From the human T2T-CHM13v2.0 reference genome, Homo sapiens, in NCBI RefSeq assembly GCF_009914755.1, contig NC_060936.1: a stretch of 64,000 nt of DNA. One strand, given 5' to 3'. Position numbers and translations under genes: made by a program. Position 1 is the first letter of the stretch. Each line of letters opens with the position of its first letter. Of the stretch, positions 1-15,330 are shown in pieces. Below the pieces are notes generated by a model, which was not told the origin of the DNA, made no database searches, and saw only the letters and a program-made list of their open reading frames with translations.

Positions 1-487
1 TGGCTCTCCAAAGATATCCACGTCCTAATCCCTAGAACCTGTGAATATGTTATCTTACATGGCAAGGGAGAATTAAGGTTGCAGATGGATTAAGATTGGT
101 ATCAGCTGACTTTCAAATAAAGTTATTAGCCTGGATTATCCAGGTGGACCCAATGTAATCACAAGGGTCCTTAAGTGTGGAAAAGGAGGGCAGAAGATTC
201 AGTGTGAGAGGGATGTGATTTGAGAAAGACTCAGAAAGCCATTGCTGGCTTTGAAAATGCAAGGGGCTACAAACAATGTGGGGAGCCTCTAGAAACTGAA
301 AAGCTTAAGAAAACTGTCTCCCCCAGAACCTCCAGAAAGAAATGCAGTCCTGCAACACCTTGATTTTACCCCAGTGAGATCTATGTCAGACTTTTAACTT
401 CCAGAACTATGAAGACAATATATTGTACTGTTGTCAATCACTAATTTGTGGTAATTTGTTACAGAAGCAATGAAAATTAAATACAGA
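1..487 (+). mobile_element. MLT1 (MLT1D-like) MaLR LTR
   Basis: Hallmark strings 'aaagatatccacgtcctaatccctagaacctgtgaatatgtta' and the ending 'gtggtaatttgttacagaagcaat...aataca'. Confidence 0.8.
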
Positions 488-672
488 GACAATCTGCCTT
501 TTTCACTCTCACCTCTTTTGCCAGAGGATACTGCAATAGACAGAATCAGATTTAAGAATCTGTCTATTAATCCAGACACCACAGAACTTTGCACAAATAT
601 AAAACCATGACATTCTTCTAAATTTCTTTTATTTTGGATAATAGTCATTTTTCATAAAAAGCATGTGATTTA

Positions 673-1021
<349 letters not shown>

Positions 1022-2446
1022 TTATTTAAAAAATAAATTAATTAAATGAATCAATAAATACATATCTTAAAATTCTCTGGGTTTTAATTTCTAATACAAT
1101 CACTATCAACATAAGGGCAGAATACATTATTTAAAAGTCTACTTGAGACTAATCTATAAACCGAAACTCTAGGATCTTCAATAATTTAAAGTGTATAAAA
1201 GAGTACTGAGGGCAAAACATTTGAAAGGTCTGCTACCTTAGCTAAGGATTAATATTCACTAGTAGTGTTTCTCAAGTAGATTTTTCTGCTCGAATGAGAA
1301 CAAAATATTACAGTCTATGCAGAGAGTTGCATCTCTACATACAAATTAAAATTATATTCAGGTTTATACATCATTATCTTATCAATTAACTTATCATGAA
1401 ACAGTTCCTCAAAACCCTAGTGAAGTGAAAAAGAGTTACTCAAATTAAGGACCAATCCTTTAAAGTATAAAAATTTCCTATAAAACCCAGCTTGATCAAT
1501 CAGCTAGCCTCTCTTTCTCTCTGCATTCTCCTAGATATAACATGTAGTATTTGACTTTTAAAAAATAATAGAATTCTATCATTGTCTTCTAAGTACTTAT
1601 TTGCAAAGAAGATTTTTTTAAAGCTTTTGTTTTCCTTCTCTAAAATTACATCATGTCAATACAAGAAGGACAAAGTCAGGATTTGGCTGACCACAAACTG
1701 AACACGAATTAACTTTTAAAGTTACAGAAGTACAGTGTTTGTTCACCAAGGAAGAGCCAGTTGCTTCCCTCCACCATGAACCAGTCAGACCACACATGGT
1801 CAGGAACAAATGGTTCACTTTCAAAGGGATATTGACAAACTAGAGTGAAAGCAAAGTTGAGCTTCCAAAATGATCAAATCAAAGGTGAGTTGCAGTGATG
1901 ATGCATGATCACCACCTTCATATTTAAGCGACTATCATATGGAAGGGGAATCAAAAGTACTCTCTGTGACTCAGCCATCCAAAATAAAATGGGCAGCCTT
2001 GTGATCACACAACAAGCTCAAACAGATGCCAGATGGCCACTAATAAAGTCTATGGAAAAAGGGATTCCTTCTTCCAGCAGAGGACTGAACTCTATGACCT
2101 CCAGAGGCCCCTCCACTGGCCAGAGTCTTAGGTTCTCCTATTTTAGGCATTTCTTTCCTATCTGAAAATGTGAAAGTTATGATGTGGCATGTTTCTCCCT
2201 TAAATCTTTTTACTACTTTCTTGTACGACCACAGGATCAACATCATATGCCTAAACTATGGGGAAGACTTTTAAAGAATATATCCTGCTATTTCTAAGAC
2301 ATAAAGAAAGGTCAAGATAATACAAAGAACACCCACATCCCTACCATCCAAGTGGGATATAAAATCCCTTCCACCCTCACCTGCAGGCTCCTCCTGCCTC
2401 TGACATTACCACTACCCAGATTTCGGTGTTTACCACTCTCCTGCAT

Positions 2447-2757
2447 TTTTTCTTTCTTTTTTTTTTTTTTTTTTGGAGACGGAGTCTCACTCTGTTGCCC
2501 AGGCTGGAGTGCAGTGGTGTGATCTCAGCTCACTGCAACACTCTGCCACACAGTTTCAAGTGATCCTCCTGCCTCGGCCTCCCAAGTAGCTGGGATTACA
2601 GGTATGCACCACCATGCCCAGTTAATTTTCGTATTTTTAGTAGAGACAGGGTTTCACCATGTTGGCCAGGCTGGTCTTGAACTCCTGGCCTCAAGTGATC
2701 TGCCCACTTTGGCCTTCCCAAGTACTGGGATTACAAGCGTAAGCCACTGAACCCGGC
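2447..2757 (-). mobile_element. Alu (S-like) with target-site duplication ctcctgcattt
   Basis: Poly-T followed by reverse Alu consensus, with a flanking direct repeat. Confidence 0.95.
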
Positions 2758-2944
2758 CTCTCCTGCATTTCTCTAGACTTTTACCACATACATGTGTGTC
2801 CCTACAAGTAATCTATAGTATTTTTATGTGTTTTAAAACCTTTTGTAATTGGTATATGCCTGCAATACTTGCTTTTTCCTTTTTACTCAAAATTATTCTA
2901 GTGAGAGTCACCCATGTAGGTATATTTCTGTAGTTCTAGTTCAG

Positions 2945-3150
2945 CAGACAACACATGTTTTCTATAAAGGGTCAGTTAGTAAATATTTGGGGCTCTGCAT
3001 ATAGTCTCTGTTGCAACTGCTCAGCTCTGACATCCTAGCACAAAAGGAGAACCAGAAACAAATGGGTGTGGCTATGTTCCAATAAAACTTAACATACAAA
3101 AAGAGACATCAGGCTACAACTGGCCCATGAACTGTGGTTTGCAACCTTTC
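2945..3150. mobile_element. MER58-like hAT-Charlie MITE
   Basis: 'tttctataaagggtcagttagtaaatattt...ttccaataaaactt' matches my recollection of MER58. Confidence 0.7.
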
Positions 3151-4740
3151 TTATAGTATGTATTTCCCTTTAATACCATTTCAATATTTGTTTGATATTT
3201 ATAACTTGCTGGTTTTCTTTGGTTACCATTTACCCAAGATATCTTTTCCCATTCTATTAATCTCAACCTTTCTACATCTTTGTTTTGGAGTACATCTCTT
3301 ATAAACAGCATCCAGCTGGAATGTTTCTTGTATCTGATCTGACAATCTGTCTTTTAATCTGAGTTTATCATGATTATTAATATATTTGGAAATATTTCCC
3401 CCATCACATTCTATGCTATTTCTTGCTTTTTCTGTGTCTTTTACCTTTTCTCCTACCCACTTTTGGACTGATTTCAACATTGTCAATATTTGTTTAGATT
3501 TATTCACATCTCTACCAATTTCTTTTTTCTCCATTTTCACTTCCATCTAAGACCTTTGGGATTTTTTTTCCTGACACATATACATCCTTTAAAAGTTCCT
3601 CCTTTAGTGAGTTCCTTGATGGTAAAGCTCTTAGCTTTTAATCAGAAAAAAAAAAAAGGTCTCTTTACACTCTTTCTTAAATGATTGAGCTAGATATACA
3701 ATTCTAAATTGACATTTTTCTCTCAGCACTTTGAGGTGATCTACTGTCTTGAATGGTCTGCTATCACTGTTCAAAACTCTATCAGTCTCCTAGTCCTTTG
3801 TAGTAATAATACTATCAATAATCGTGGTTGACATTTACAAGGAACTTACTACGCAATAGGCGCTATTTTAAAAACTCTACATACATTTACTCATTTAAAC
3901 CTACCAATCCTCGGAGACAGGTATTATTGTTAGCCCCATTTTACATATAAGGAAACTGAGACACACAGACATCATTTGCCTAAGGTCACATGGCTTATAA
4001 ATGGTGAAGTTAAGATTTGATCCCAGGTATGTTGCTCCATGGTCTATACTATTAACTACTATGCCTTTGGGTCTTTGTGGCTACTTTTATGATATTCTCT
4101 TTGTCTTTTGTATATATTACTTCTTATTCATACTGCTTGGGATTTGCTTTGCATTCTAAATCTGAGGATTCTGTCTTTCATTTGTTTTGGAAAACTCTGA
4201 GCAATTTTTTCTTTGAGTGTTTTCTCTCCCCCATTTCCCAATCTCTCCTGCTGGAACTCCAATTAGACATATGTTTGACCTCTCACGCTATCAGTCTGTC
4301 AACTGTTTTCATAATATCCATCTCTTTGATTATATTATAGTCTGGGTAATGTTCTCAGAGTTATCCCCCAGACCACTAATTCTTTTTTCTTCTTTTTCTA
4401 ATCTGCCAATTAAAATCATTCCACTAAACTTTTAATTTTAAAGATTGAAACTTTAATTTCTAAAATTTCTATTTGGTTCTTTTTAAAACCTGTCTGATCA
4501 TTTTAGTAGTTTCATATTCTTTGCTCACATTTTCCATTTCATCTCTTATTTCTCCAAAAGTTTCAAACACTCATAGATAGCACTACATATATTCTTTACC
4601 TAAAAATTCCAATATCTTAAGTCCTATTCATATTAATTGTGCTGTCTGCTGAGTCTGCTGGTTCTCCCTTATGGTGGCTTATTTGTGTATTTTTAAATTT
4701 TGGATTGTAAGCTCAGATCTAATCTTGAGAATCCTAGGAG
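3150..4740 (-). mobile_element. Old L1M fragments interrupted by a MIR (about 3810-4065)
   Basis: T-rich strand. The minus-strand ORFs resemble decayed L1 ORF1/endonuclease (RLSDQIQ...LRLIEWEKI). MIR core 'cccattttacatataaggaaactgag'. Confidence 0.65.
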
Positions 4741-4832
4741 GCCTGGGTTTACGGTCTATTTATCCAGAGAGTTTGCACTGGCTTCTACCAGGAGTCCCAG
4801 ATCACTATCACTCAGTTTCTCAGTTGGGATTG

Positions 4833-5191
4833 TGATATGATTTGGCTCTGTGTCCCCACCCAAATCTCTCCTTGAATTGTAATCCCCATAACCCCCATGT
4901 GTCAAGGGCGGGAGCAGGTAACTGAATCATGGGGGCAGCTTCCCCCATGCTGTTCTTGTGATAGTGAGTGAGTCTCATGAGATCTGATGCTTTTATAGGC
5001 ATCTGGCATTTCCCCTGCTGGCACTCATTCTCTCTCCTGATGCCCTGTGAAGAGGTGCCTTCTGCCACAATTCTAAGTTTCCCAAGGCCTCCCCAGCCAT
5101 GTGGAACTGTGAGTCAATTAAACCACTTTCTTTATAAATTACCCAGTCTCCGGTATTTCTTCAAAGCAATGTAAAAGAATGGACTCATACA
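4833..5191 (+). mobile_element. THE1/MST-type MaLR solo LTR
   Basis: 'tgatatgatttggctctgtgtccccacccaaatctc...ggactcataca'. Confidence 0.88.
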
Positions 5192-5530
5192 GATTGCCAG
5201 ACAATACAAGAAGAATAAATTCAAACCCAAATCCATGTGAGGACGAGCTTGTGATTACAAGGTCATGGGAGACTTCCAAAACCTGCCCCCCCACACACAG
5301 AAAAAATATCTAGAGCAAAGACCAAAAGAGAGAAGTTTCTCTATTGTCTCCCTGCACGGAAGGAAGCACTCTGTGGCCACCAGGTTTTATAGGAGAGTCT
5401 CCAACAGTGTGTGTGTGTGCGCCCAATGCCTAGTCTTCCCTCCCAGCAGGCACGACCAATAAAGGCCAACAAGTGTTCCCAGAACAGTCACACCTTCAAG
5501 GCTGGTCATCATTCGGGTTTCAGCATCCTC

Positions 5531-5855
<325 letters not shown>

Positions 5856-7734
5856 TAGTCCTTGAGATTTCTCCAGTTTCTCAGAGTTCAGTTATGACTT
5901 CAAGAGAAAGTCCTCTATATTTTTTTTCAGCGTGTGGGTATTCTATACAAAAAGGTTTTTAGACGATCTAGTCTGCCAGACTGCTGAAAGCCAAAGTCCA
6001 AAAGAACTCTTGACGGTTAGAGGACATCTGTTTCCACATGTCTTTAAGAGTTCAATAAAAGATTGGTTTCCAAACCCGGCCTGTAAAAATATAGATTCCC
6101 GGGTCTTACCTCCACATTTTAGGAATCAGAATCTCCAGGGTTAGGGCCTCAGAATTTCCATTTTTAAACAAGCTTCCCAGGTGATTCCGATGTGCCTATC
6201 AGTTTGAGGACCACTGAATTCTTTTTTTTAATTTGTCTTACCTTCAAAAGCTGGCAAAAAAATTATTTAATCTCCTTTTTGTATTTTTTCTCCTTTCACT
6301 TCCTCTTTACCCTACCCAGAATTTACACCCTAATGAAAGGGGAAAATGAACTCTAGCTTTCAACTGGTAGATCAGCGAGCCACCTCCACGGCAATTACAG
6401 AAAATCATAACACTCAGCAGCAAAAGTCAGGCCAAAAAATATCATTATTCCAGGCAGGCTTCTTGACCCAGCAGCAAATTTAAATCTAAAAAACAGTCCC
6501 CATGCTGAGTTCTGCCTCCATAAGGATCATTGAGCATAACAGCTCAATCCTTCAAACTTTCCTAAAGCGTAACAGAAGCACTAAATGAGCACTGGGTCAC
6601 CAGAAGACACTAAGATTCCCCTGGAATCCCCTGAAGTTATATACAAAATCATTTGTGTGTGCTCAAGTATTATGTGTAATACTGCAAATGTGTCTTTTTA
6701 TAAAGAAAAAACACACAGCTTTCTCCAGATTCTCAGTGGGTCCTATGACTCCATTACTCTATATCCCTGCTGCGTAGAAAAAGCACATTTCTGGTTGTAA
6801 GCATCTTTCAGTATTATCAACATATGTTCTTATTAGGCATATTATTATAACTTCCCAAGTATATTCTGTCAAGCCTCAAAATAGACTTATCACCTCAAAA
6901 AGGGGCCTCCACAGTCAAATTTACTTGGGAAGCACTAAACCTACTACCCCCGTCATTCATTTTAGAGATTCATTCATTTTAAAGGCTCTGACTCACTAGC
7001 TCCGAAGCTAGCTCTGAAAAGCCCAGCTACAAAGAAGCTTCTTTAACATGTATTTTCTACATCTCTTTAACCACATCTCTCAAAAGATTGTGAAACAGTC
7101 TGAGAAATATTGGTCTAATTTTAAAATTATCTCAAGAGTATCTTTAACCCAATGCAGTTGCTTGAGGAACTTATGCTTACTATTACTATTCACTGTATTT
7201 AATATTACATATTATATAGAATTATTATTATCCTTGTGTCTTATGCTTATACACGCTAAGCTTACATCATCATGTAGACACAGTCCTCACTAAATACAGC
7301 ACATAATTTTTGACTGATTAGTAAATGGTCTCCACCCAGAACTTTGAATAAATCTTTCAACACCCTATAAAAGCTTCTAACTAATCCCCATACTTCTTTC
7401 CACAATTTAATACAGCCTATAACCCCAGCCAAGTAGTGAAACATTCTAAATAAACCAGGCTCCAAGATTAATTCTAATGAAAAAAAAAAAAAAATCCGTG
7501 CGACTAACAAAATATAAGGTTGGAGCAACCCGTCTTGGAGGAGTAGGAAGGCTTCCATTCTGTACCTAACAGGACAGGCCAAGTATCTGATGAGCACACC
7601 TGGAAGGCCAGAGCTTGAGTTCAAAGAAGACACACGCAACATTAAAGCACAACAGAAAAGAAGAGACCACACATAGGCATATCCAGCCCTTTCAATTATG
7701 ATCACACGAAGATTTCTTAGAATTCATTTTAGAA

Positions 7735-7955
7735 CGAGGATTCTCAACCTTGGCACTACCAACAGTTGAGGCCAGATAATTCTTTGTTGTGGGATATTGC
7801 CCTGTGCACTGTAGGATGTTTAGCAGCAACCCTGGCCTCTAGAGGCCAGCAGCACCCCTCTCCCCTGGCTGTGACAAAAAGGTCTCCAGGCATTGCCAAA
7901 CATCCCTTGGGGAACAAAACTGCCCCTCCAGCTCCCACTGAGAACCACTGCTCCA
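7735..7955. mobile_element. MER20 hAT-Charlie MITE
   Basis: 'ttctcaaccttggcactac...gagaaccactg'. Confidence 0.8.
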
Positions 7956-9575
7956 GGGGAAAACTGCAGCAGCTAATGTTTTTGCTACAGGTTTAAACCA
8001 GTTATTTCTTTTCCTAAAAATATAAAGAAGCTTTTCTTGAGCTGAGTTTGATACAGGATGCATAAACATTCACACATCCAAAAATCCCAAGTTAAAAAAG
8101 GAAAAAGGAAAACATTCCAATTGAGGGACATTCTGCAAAGTATGTAACCAGTACTCCTCAAAACTGTAGGTCATCAAAAACAGGAAAAAGTCTGAGAAAC
8201 TGTTACAGCCTAAAGAAGCCGAACAGACACGACAACTAAATGTAGTGTGCTATCCTGGATGGCAGGCTGGAAGAAAAAAAGGAGGGTAGGTAAATACGAA
8301 GGAAAACTGAGTAAACAATGAATAATGTATCAGTATTGGTTCATTAATTGGAACAAATATAGGAATGTGAGAGATTAATAAGAGAAATGGGTGTAGGGCT
8401 TACAAAAACTATGTCATTTTTCTGTAAATCTAAAGCTGATCTAAAAAATAAAGTTTTTAAAAAAACTTTTTAATTAAAATGACAAGAAGGATGGGAGAGA
8501 AAGGATAAAACAAAGCTTTAAAAAGCATCCTTTCCCTGTGCAGGCTTCACTCTGGGAGCCTTTTAAAGGGAAGACACCTGAACAGATTGTTTGGATGAAA
8601 GAAACAGATCAAGTGGCCAGAAAGAAAGTAAGAAAATAAAATTATTTTGTCCTCTTGCAACTGGGGGTGGGGAGATCTACATGTTTTAAATGAATTCATC
8701 GGTACTTCTTCTGACTGTGCCTTCCTACAAGACAAAGCTCAAGGGTCAGCCTCAGAGACACATTTCCCGCATCCCTGAGCCCCTGGGCCTCGCTGCTTGC
8801 CTCCCCTGAGGTAGAATGTCACTCATCTGTTTACCAGAATCCTCATCCATGCAACACTGGTCCCCAGCTCTGTACAGGCAGTAACTCAGCCGCTGTTGAA
8901 CCCTCCCTATCAGACTCATCCAACTGTGAACCAGCAGCCTTCAAACCCACTGCTGGGTGCTTAATAAATGCTTGTTGGATGAACTCAAGCTGGGCACATA
9001 AATTCACACAGACTTCAACAAGAGGAGAGAAGGAATGGTGCAGTTCTGGACAAGACAAAGAAGAAAAAGCCTCATGAATGACCCCACATTCTCAGGGGTA
9101 ATAGGGACCACATGCATTTGTGCTGTGGGCATGAAGAGAAGATAGGGTCCACCGAATCCTGTACCTCTAACACGTGAATACTTCAAACACTTAAAAAGAC
9201 TTGGATATTATTTAGTGCAGTGGCCTCATTTTACAGAGACAGAAACCAAAGCCAGGAGGGATTTGGTGACTTGCTCAAGGACACAAAGCTAGTTATGGCA
9301 CCGCCCTAATCACAAGGAGACCCAGACTCTAGAGCTAAATAACCCACCTCCACCTCTTACTAAATGTGCTAAGACTGATAGTTATTTCATAATTAATAAT
9401 AATAGCTACTATCTACTGAGCATCTGCTGGGTGCCAAGCACACACTAAAAATCTCCACCTTAATCCCATATCGCAATGGAGGAAACCAAGGTCAGAGAGG
9501 AAAGTAACACGGCTGTCATACTCCAAAATCCTCCTCGGACTGTCACACATCAAAGCCCAAACTCTGGTCCAACGG

Positions 9576-12052
9576 TATATCAGTCCATTTTCACGCTGCT
9601 GATAAAGACATAATTGAGACTGGGAAGAAAAAAGATGTTTAACTGGACTTACAGTTCCACATGGCTGGGGAGGCCTCAGAATCATGGCGGGAGGTGAAAG
9701 ACACTTCTCACATGGCGGCAGCAACAGAAAAATGAAGCAGCAGCAAAAGCGGAAACCCCTGATAAGCCTATCAGATCTCGTGAGACTTATTCACTATCAC
9801 GAGAATAGCATGGGAAAGACCAGCCCCCATGATTCAATTACCTCCCCCTGGGTCCCTCCCACAACATGTGGGAAATCTGGGAGATGGTATTCAAGATGAG
9901 ATCTGGGTGGGGACACAGAGCCAAACCACATCATTCCGCCCCTGGTCCCTCCAATCTCATGTCCTCACATTTCAAAACCAATCATGCCTTCCCAACAGTA
10001 CCCCAAAGTCTTAACTCATTTCAGCACTAACCATAACTCCACAGTCCAAAGTCTCATCTAAGACAAGATAAGTCCCTTCCGCCTATGAGCCTGTAAAATC
10101 AAAAGCAAGCTAGTTACTTCCCAGATACAATGGCGGTACGGGTATTGGGTAAATAGAGCCATTCCAAATGGGAGAAATTGGCCAAAACAAAGGGGTTACA
10201 GGCCCCATGCATGTCCAAAATCCAGCCAGGCAGTCAAATTTTAAAGCTCCAAAATGATCTCCTTTGACTCCAGGTCTCTACATGGACTACATTTAGTTGT
10301 CATGTCTGTTCAGCTTCTTTAGGCTAAAACAGTTTCTCAGACTTTTCCCCGTTTTTGATGACCTACAGTTTTGAGGAGTACTGGTTATATACTTTGTAGA
10401 AAGTCCCTCAATTGGAATGTTTTCCTTTTTCCTTTTTTAACTTGGGATTTTGGGACGTGTGAATGTTTATGCATCCTGTATCGGCATGACATCCAGGTCA
10501 CACTGATGCAAGAGGTGGGTTCCCATGCTCTTGGGCCGCTTCGCTCCTGTGGCTTTGCAGGGTACAGCCTCCCTCCCAGCTGCTTTCACGGGTGGGCGTC
10601 GAATGTCTGTCTGTGGCTTCTGCAGGTGCAAGCTGTCGGTGGATCTACTATTCCGGGGTCTGGAGGAGAGTGGCCCTCTTCTCGCAGCTCCACTAGGCAG
10701 TACCCCAGTAGGGACTCTGTGTGGGGGCTCCCACCCCACATTTCCCTTCCGCAATGCCCTAGCAGAAGTTCTACATGAGGGCCCCGTCTCTGCAGCAAAC
10801 TTTTGCCCGGGCATCCAGGTGTTTCCATACATCTTCTGAAATCTAGGTAGAGGTTCCCAAACTCGATTCTTGACTTCGGTGCACCCGTAGGCTCAACACA
10901 ATGTGGAAGCTGACGAGGCTTGGGGTTTCCACCCTCTGAAGCCACAGCCCAAGCTCTACATTGGCCTCTTCCAGCCACAGCTGGAGCAGCTAGGACACAG
11001 CGCACACAGCATGGGGCCTGGGCCCAGCCCACTAAACCACTTTTCCCTCCTGGGCCTCCAAGCATGTAATGGGAAAGACTGCCATGAAGGTCTCTGACAT
11101 GGCCTAGAGACATTTTCCCCATGGTCTTGGGAATTAACATTAGGCTCTTTGCTACTTATGCAAATTTCTGCAGGCGGCTTAAAGTTCCCCTCAAAAAAAA
11201 ATGGGTTTTTCTTTTCTACTGCATCGTCAGCCTGCAAATTTTCGGAGCTTTTATGCTCTGTTTCCCTTTTAAAACTGAATGCCTTTAATAGCACCCAAGT
11301 CACTTCTTGAATGCTTTGCTGCTTAGAAATTTCTTCCACCAGATACCCTAAATCATCTCTCTCAAGTTCAAAGTTCCACAAATCTCTAGGGCAGGGGCAA
11401 AATGCCGCCAACCTCTTTGCTAAAACATAACAAAAGTTACCTTTGCTCCAGTTCCCAACAAGTTCCTCACCTACATCTGAGACTACTTCAGCCTGGACCT
11501 TATTGTTCATATCACTATCAGCATTTTTGTCAAAGCCATTCAACAAGTCTCTAGGAGGTTCCAAACTTTCCCACATTTTCTTGTCTTCTTCTGAGTCCTC
11601 CAAACTGTTCCAACCTCTGCCTGTTACCCAGCTCCAAAGTCGCTTCCACATTTTCAGGTGTCTTTTCAGCAACACCCCACTCTACTGGTACCAATTTACT
11701 GTATCAGTCCATTTTCATGCTGCTAATAAAGACACACCTGGGACTGGGAAGAAAAAGAGGTTTACTTGGACTTATAGTTCCACATGGCCACAGAGGCCTC
11801 AGAATCATGGCGGGAGGTGAAAAGCACTTCTTACATGGCGGCAGCAAGAGAATAATGAGGAAGAAGCAAAAGCGGAAAACCCTGATAAACTCATCAGATC
11901 TCAAGACTTATTCACTATCATGAGAATAGCACAAGAAAGACTATCCCCCATAATTCAATTACCTCCCCCTGGGTCCCTCCCAAAGTACATGGGAATTCTG
12001 GGAGATATGATTCAAGTTGAGATTTTGGTGGGGACACAGCCAAACCATATCA
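9576..12052 (-). mobile_element. Full-length THE1 (ERVL-MaLR) element: LTR ~9576-9934, internal ~9935-11699, LTR ~11700-12052
   Basis: Two similar direct LTRs ending 'gggacacag(ag)ccaaacca(c/t)atca'. The internal region carries the typical THE1-int remnant ORF (10956-11675). Confidence 0.93.
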
Positions 12053-12259
12053 CAAGGTGATCTTCCCCATCCCATGCTTCAGCTGTCTCATGCGCCAGGC
12101 ACTGTCCTAAATGCCTTTCATGGATGGACTCATCCATTGCTCACCTGAACCCTATGATGCTACTGCTACCTGCAGCCCCATTTTACAGATGAAGAAACTC
12201 AAGCCTATTTTGACCTCCCAGTTCTCACAGGCAGCAAGCAACAAACCTTATCCATAAAT

Positions 12260-13360
12260 CAGGATGGCAAAAATTTTGCCTGCAGTTTCTTATAAAACTA
12301 AACATGCAATTGCCATTTGACCCAGCAATTGTACTCTTTGGCATTTAGAGAAATGAAAATGTATGTTCACACAAAAACCTGTACACAAATGTCTACAACA
12401 TCTTTATTTGTAACAGCCAAAGACTGGGAGCAACCCAAATGTCCTTTGAACTATGGGTAAATGGTTCAATAGAGTTAATCTGTGGTTAAACAAACAATTA
12501 AACTGTTTTATGTACATACCATGAAATAACAGCAAAAAGGAATGCACTATTGATACAATACACATAACACTGGATAAAACTCCAGGAAATTATACTTGGT
12601 GAAAAAAAACAACTCCAAAAGGTTACATACTGTATGACTCCATCAGCCTAACATTTTTGAAATGACAAAATTTTAGAAATGGAGAACAAATAGTGCTCCA
12701 GGGATTGGGGACAAGGGAGAACATGATGGGGGAGATGGGTGGGGCTATAAAGACCGAATGAGGGATCTTTATGAGGAACTGTTCAGTCCCTTGACTGTGG
12801 TGGTGGATACATGAACCTACATGTGAGAAAACTGTACAGAAATACATCTGTGCTCTCATGCATGTGCACACACAAGTACAAATAAAATGACACTCTGATC
12901 TGTGGCCTGTATCAATATATACTGTTGTGATAATGTACTACTGTTCTGCAAAATGTTACCACTGGGAGAAATTGGATAAAGTGTATGCCAGATCTCCCTC
13001 TATTAGTCCTTTTCTGTTTATTTTTTACACAGGGTCTGGCTCTGCCAACCAGGCCGGAGTACAGTGTTGCAATCTCAACTCACTGCAGTCTCAACCTTCC
13101 AGGCTCAAGCGATCCTCCCCAACTCAAGCCTCCCAAGTAGCTGGGACCACAGGTGTGAGCCACGACGCCTGCCTAAATTTTGCATTTTTTTGTAGAGATT
13201 GGGTTTTCCTTTGTTGCCCAGGCTGGTCCTGGGCTCAAGAGATCTGCCTGCTTCAACCTCCCAAAGTGCTGGGATTACAGGCGTGAGCTCACACCTGGCC
13301 CCTCTATTAATTCTTAAACTGCATGTAAATATACAATTATCTCAATAAGAATTACAAGTT
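12260..13360 (+). mobile_element. L1M 3' fragment with an inserted reverse AluJ (about 13018-13300)
   Basis: L1 3' motifs 'ccatttgacccagcaatt' and 'caacccaaatgtcc', plus reverse Alu consensus. Confidence 0.8.
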
Positions 13361-14137
13361 AAAAAAAAAACTTTCCTGCCCAAAAGCTGGGTTTGATAAT
13401 CTTCTATATTCCTTTCATCTCTTAAGACCTGCAAAATTCCCAATGTCTCCAAAGCCAGTCTTCTTTCCACCATACCACACAACAGCTTCAAAAGCCAAAG
13501 CAAAATTAACTCTTGGCAAAGGGAAACTAAGAAAGTAAGCCACCATTTCATAGAATTCTGCATTGCTAGTCATTTTACGTCCCCTCTGAAAATCACTCCA
13601 ATTTGCTTTTTTCATTAAACTGACTTCTGGCCAAAAAAAATGGAAAATGTGATCCTATAAAACGTTCTTGCTCACCAAATAATCTCTCCCTATCTATGTG
13701 CCACCTCCACAACAAGAAGTAACCAATATACAAATTTCGGTTCTGAATCCTCCTTGGAAGCAACAGCGACAATGGATTATTGGTTCCCAAATGGTCAACG
13801 GAGCACAGGAAACAGGACAGTGGGTTAGGAGCTGAGACAGTCCCTAAATTCAGGCGTCACCTTGGCCAGGTCATTTAAACCTGAGTCTCGCCTTTCCCAT
13901 CTATAGAATGGGGATGTGGAACCTCCTTCGTAGATTACAGGAACGATTTAGAGATAATCTACGTGCCCGGCACTGGTATTTATTAGTTCATTAGTAGTAA
14001 CAACCGAGCCAAGCTCATTTTATGTGCACCTGGCCATGAAGTTCCCATTCACAGCCTTAGAATCCCCTCCTCACCGAGGTTAATGGATAACCCAGAACCT
14101 TCCCCACCTGGACCTCTCCTCTTTCAAACACCGCACA

Positions 14138-14232
14138 GCTCATCTCATCTCATCTCATCTCATCTCATCTCATCTCATCTCATCTCATCTCATTCCATCC
14201 CATTCCATCCCATCCCATCCCATCCCATCCCA
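14138..14232. repeat. Compound pentanucleotide microsatellite (ATCTC)n-(ATTCC/ATCCC)n
   Basis: Read directly from the sequence. Confidence 0.95.
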
Positions 14233-14379
14233 ACCCACCCCCACCAAAAGGAAAACAGACCAGCCTCGGGATCGGCCACCTCCCCAGCAGCCCCGCTCTT
14301 GGGCATCTCTGCGCCAGCCCGACTCGGCTGTTACTATTATTACTATTGATGAGTAACAACACCTAACGGTGCGTGGGAG

Positions 14380-15330
<951 letters not shown>

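Noticed and set aside
10956-11675. 239-aa ORF and overlapping 104-184-aa ORFs
   Set aside because: They are the remnant ORF of the THE1 internal region and its alternative frames, not a host gene.
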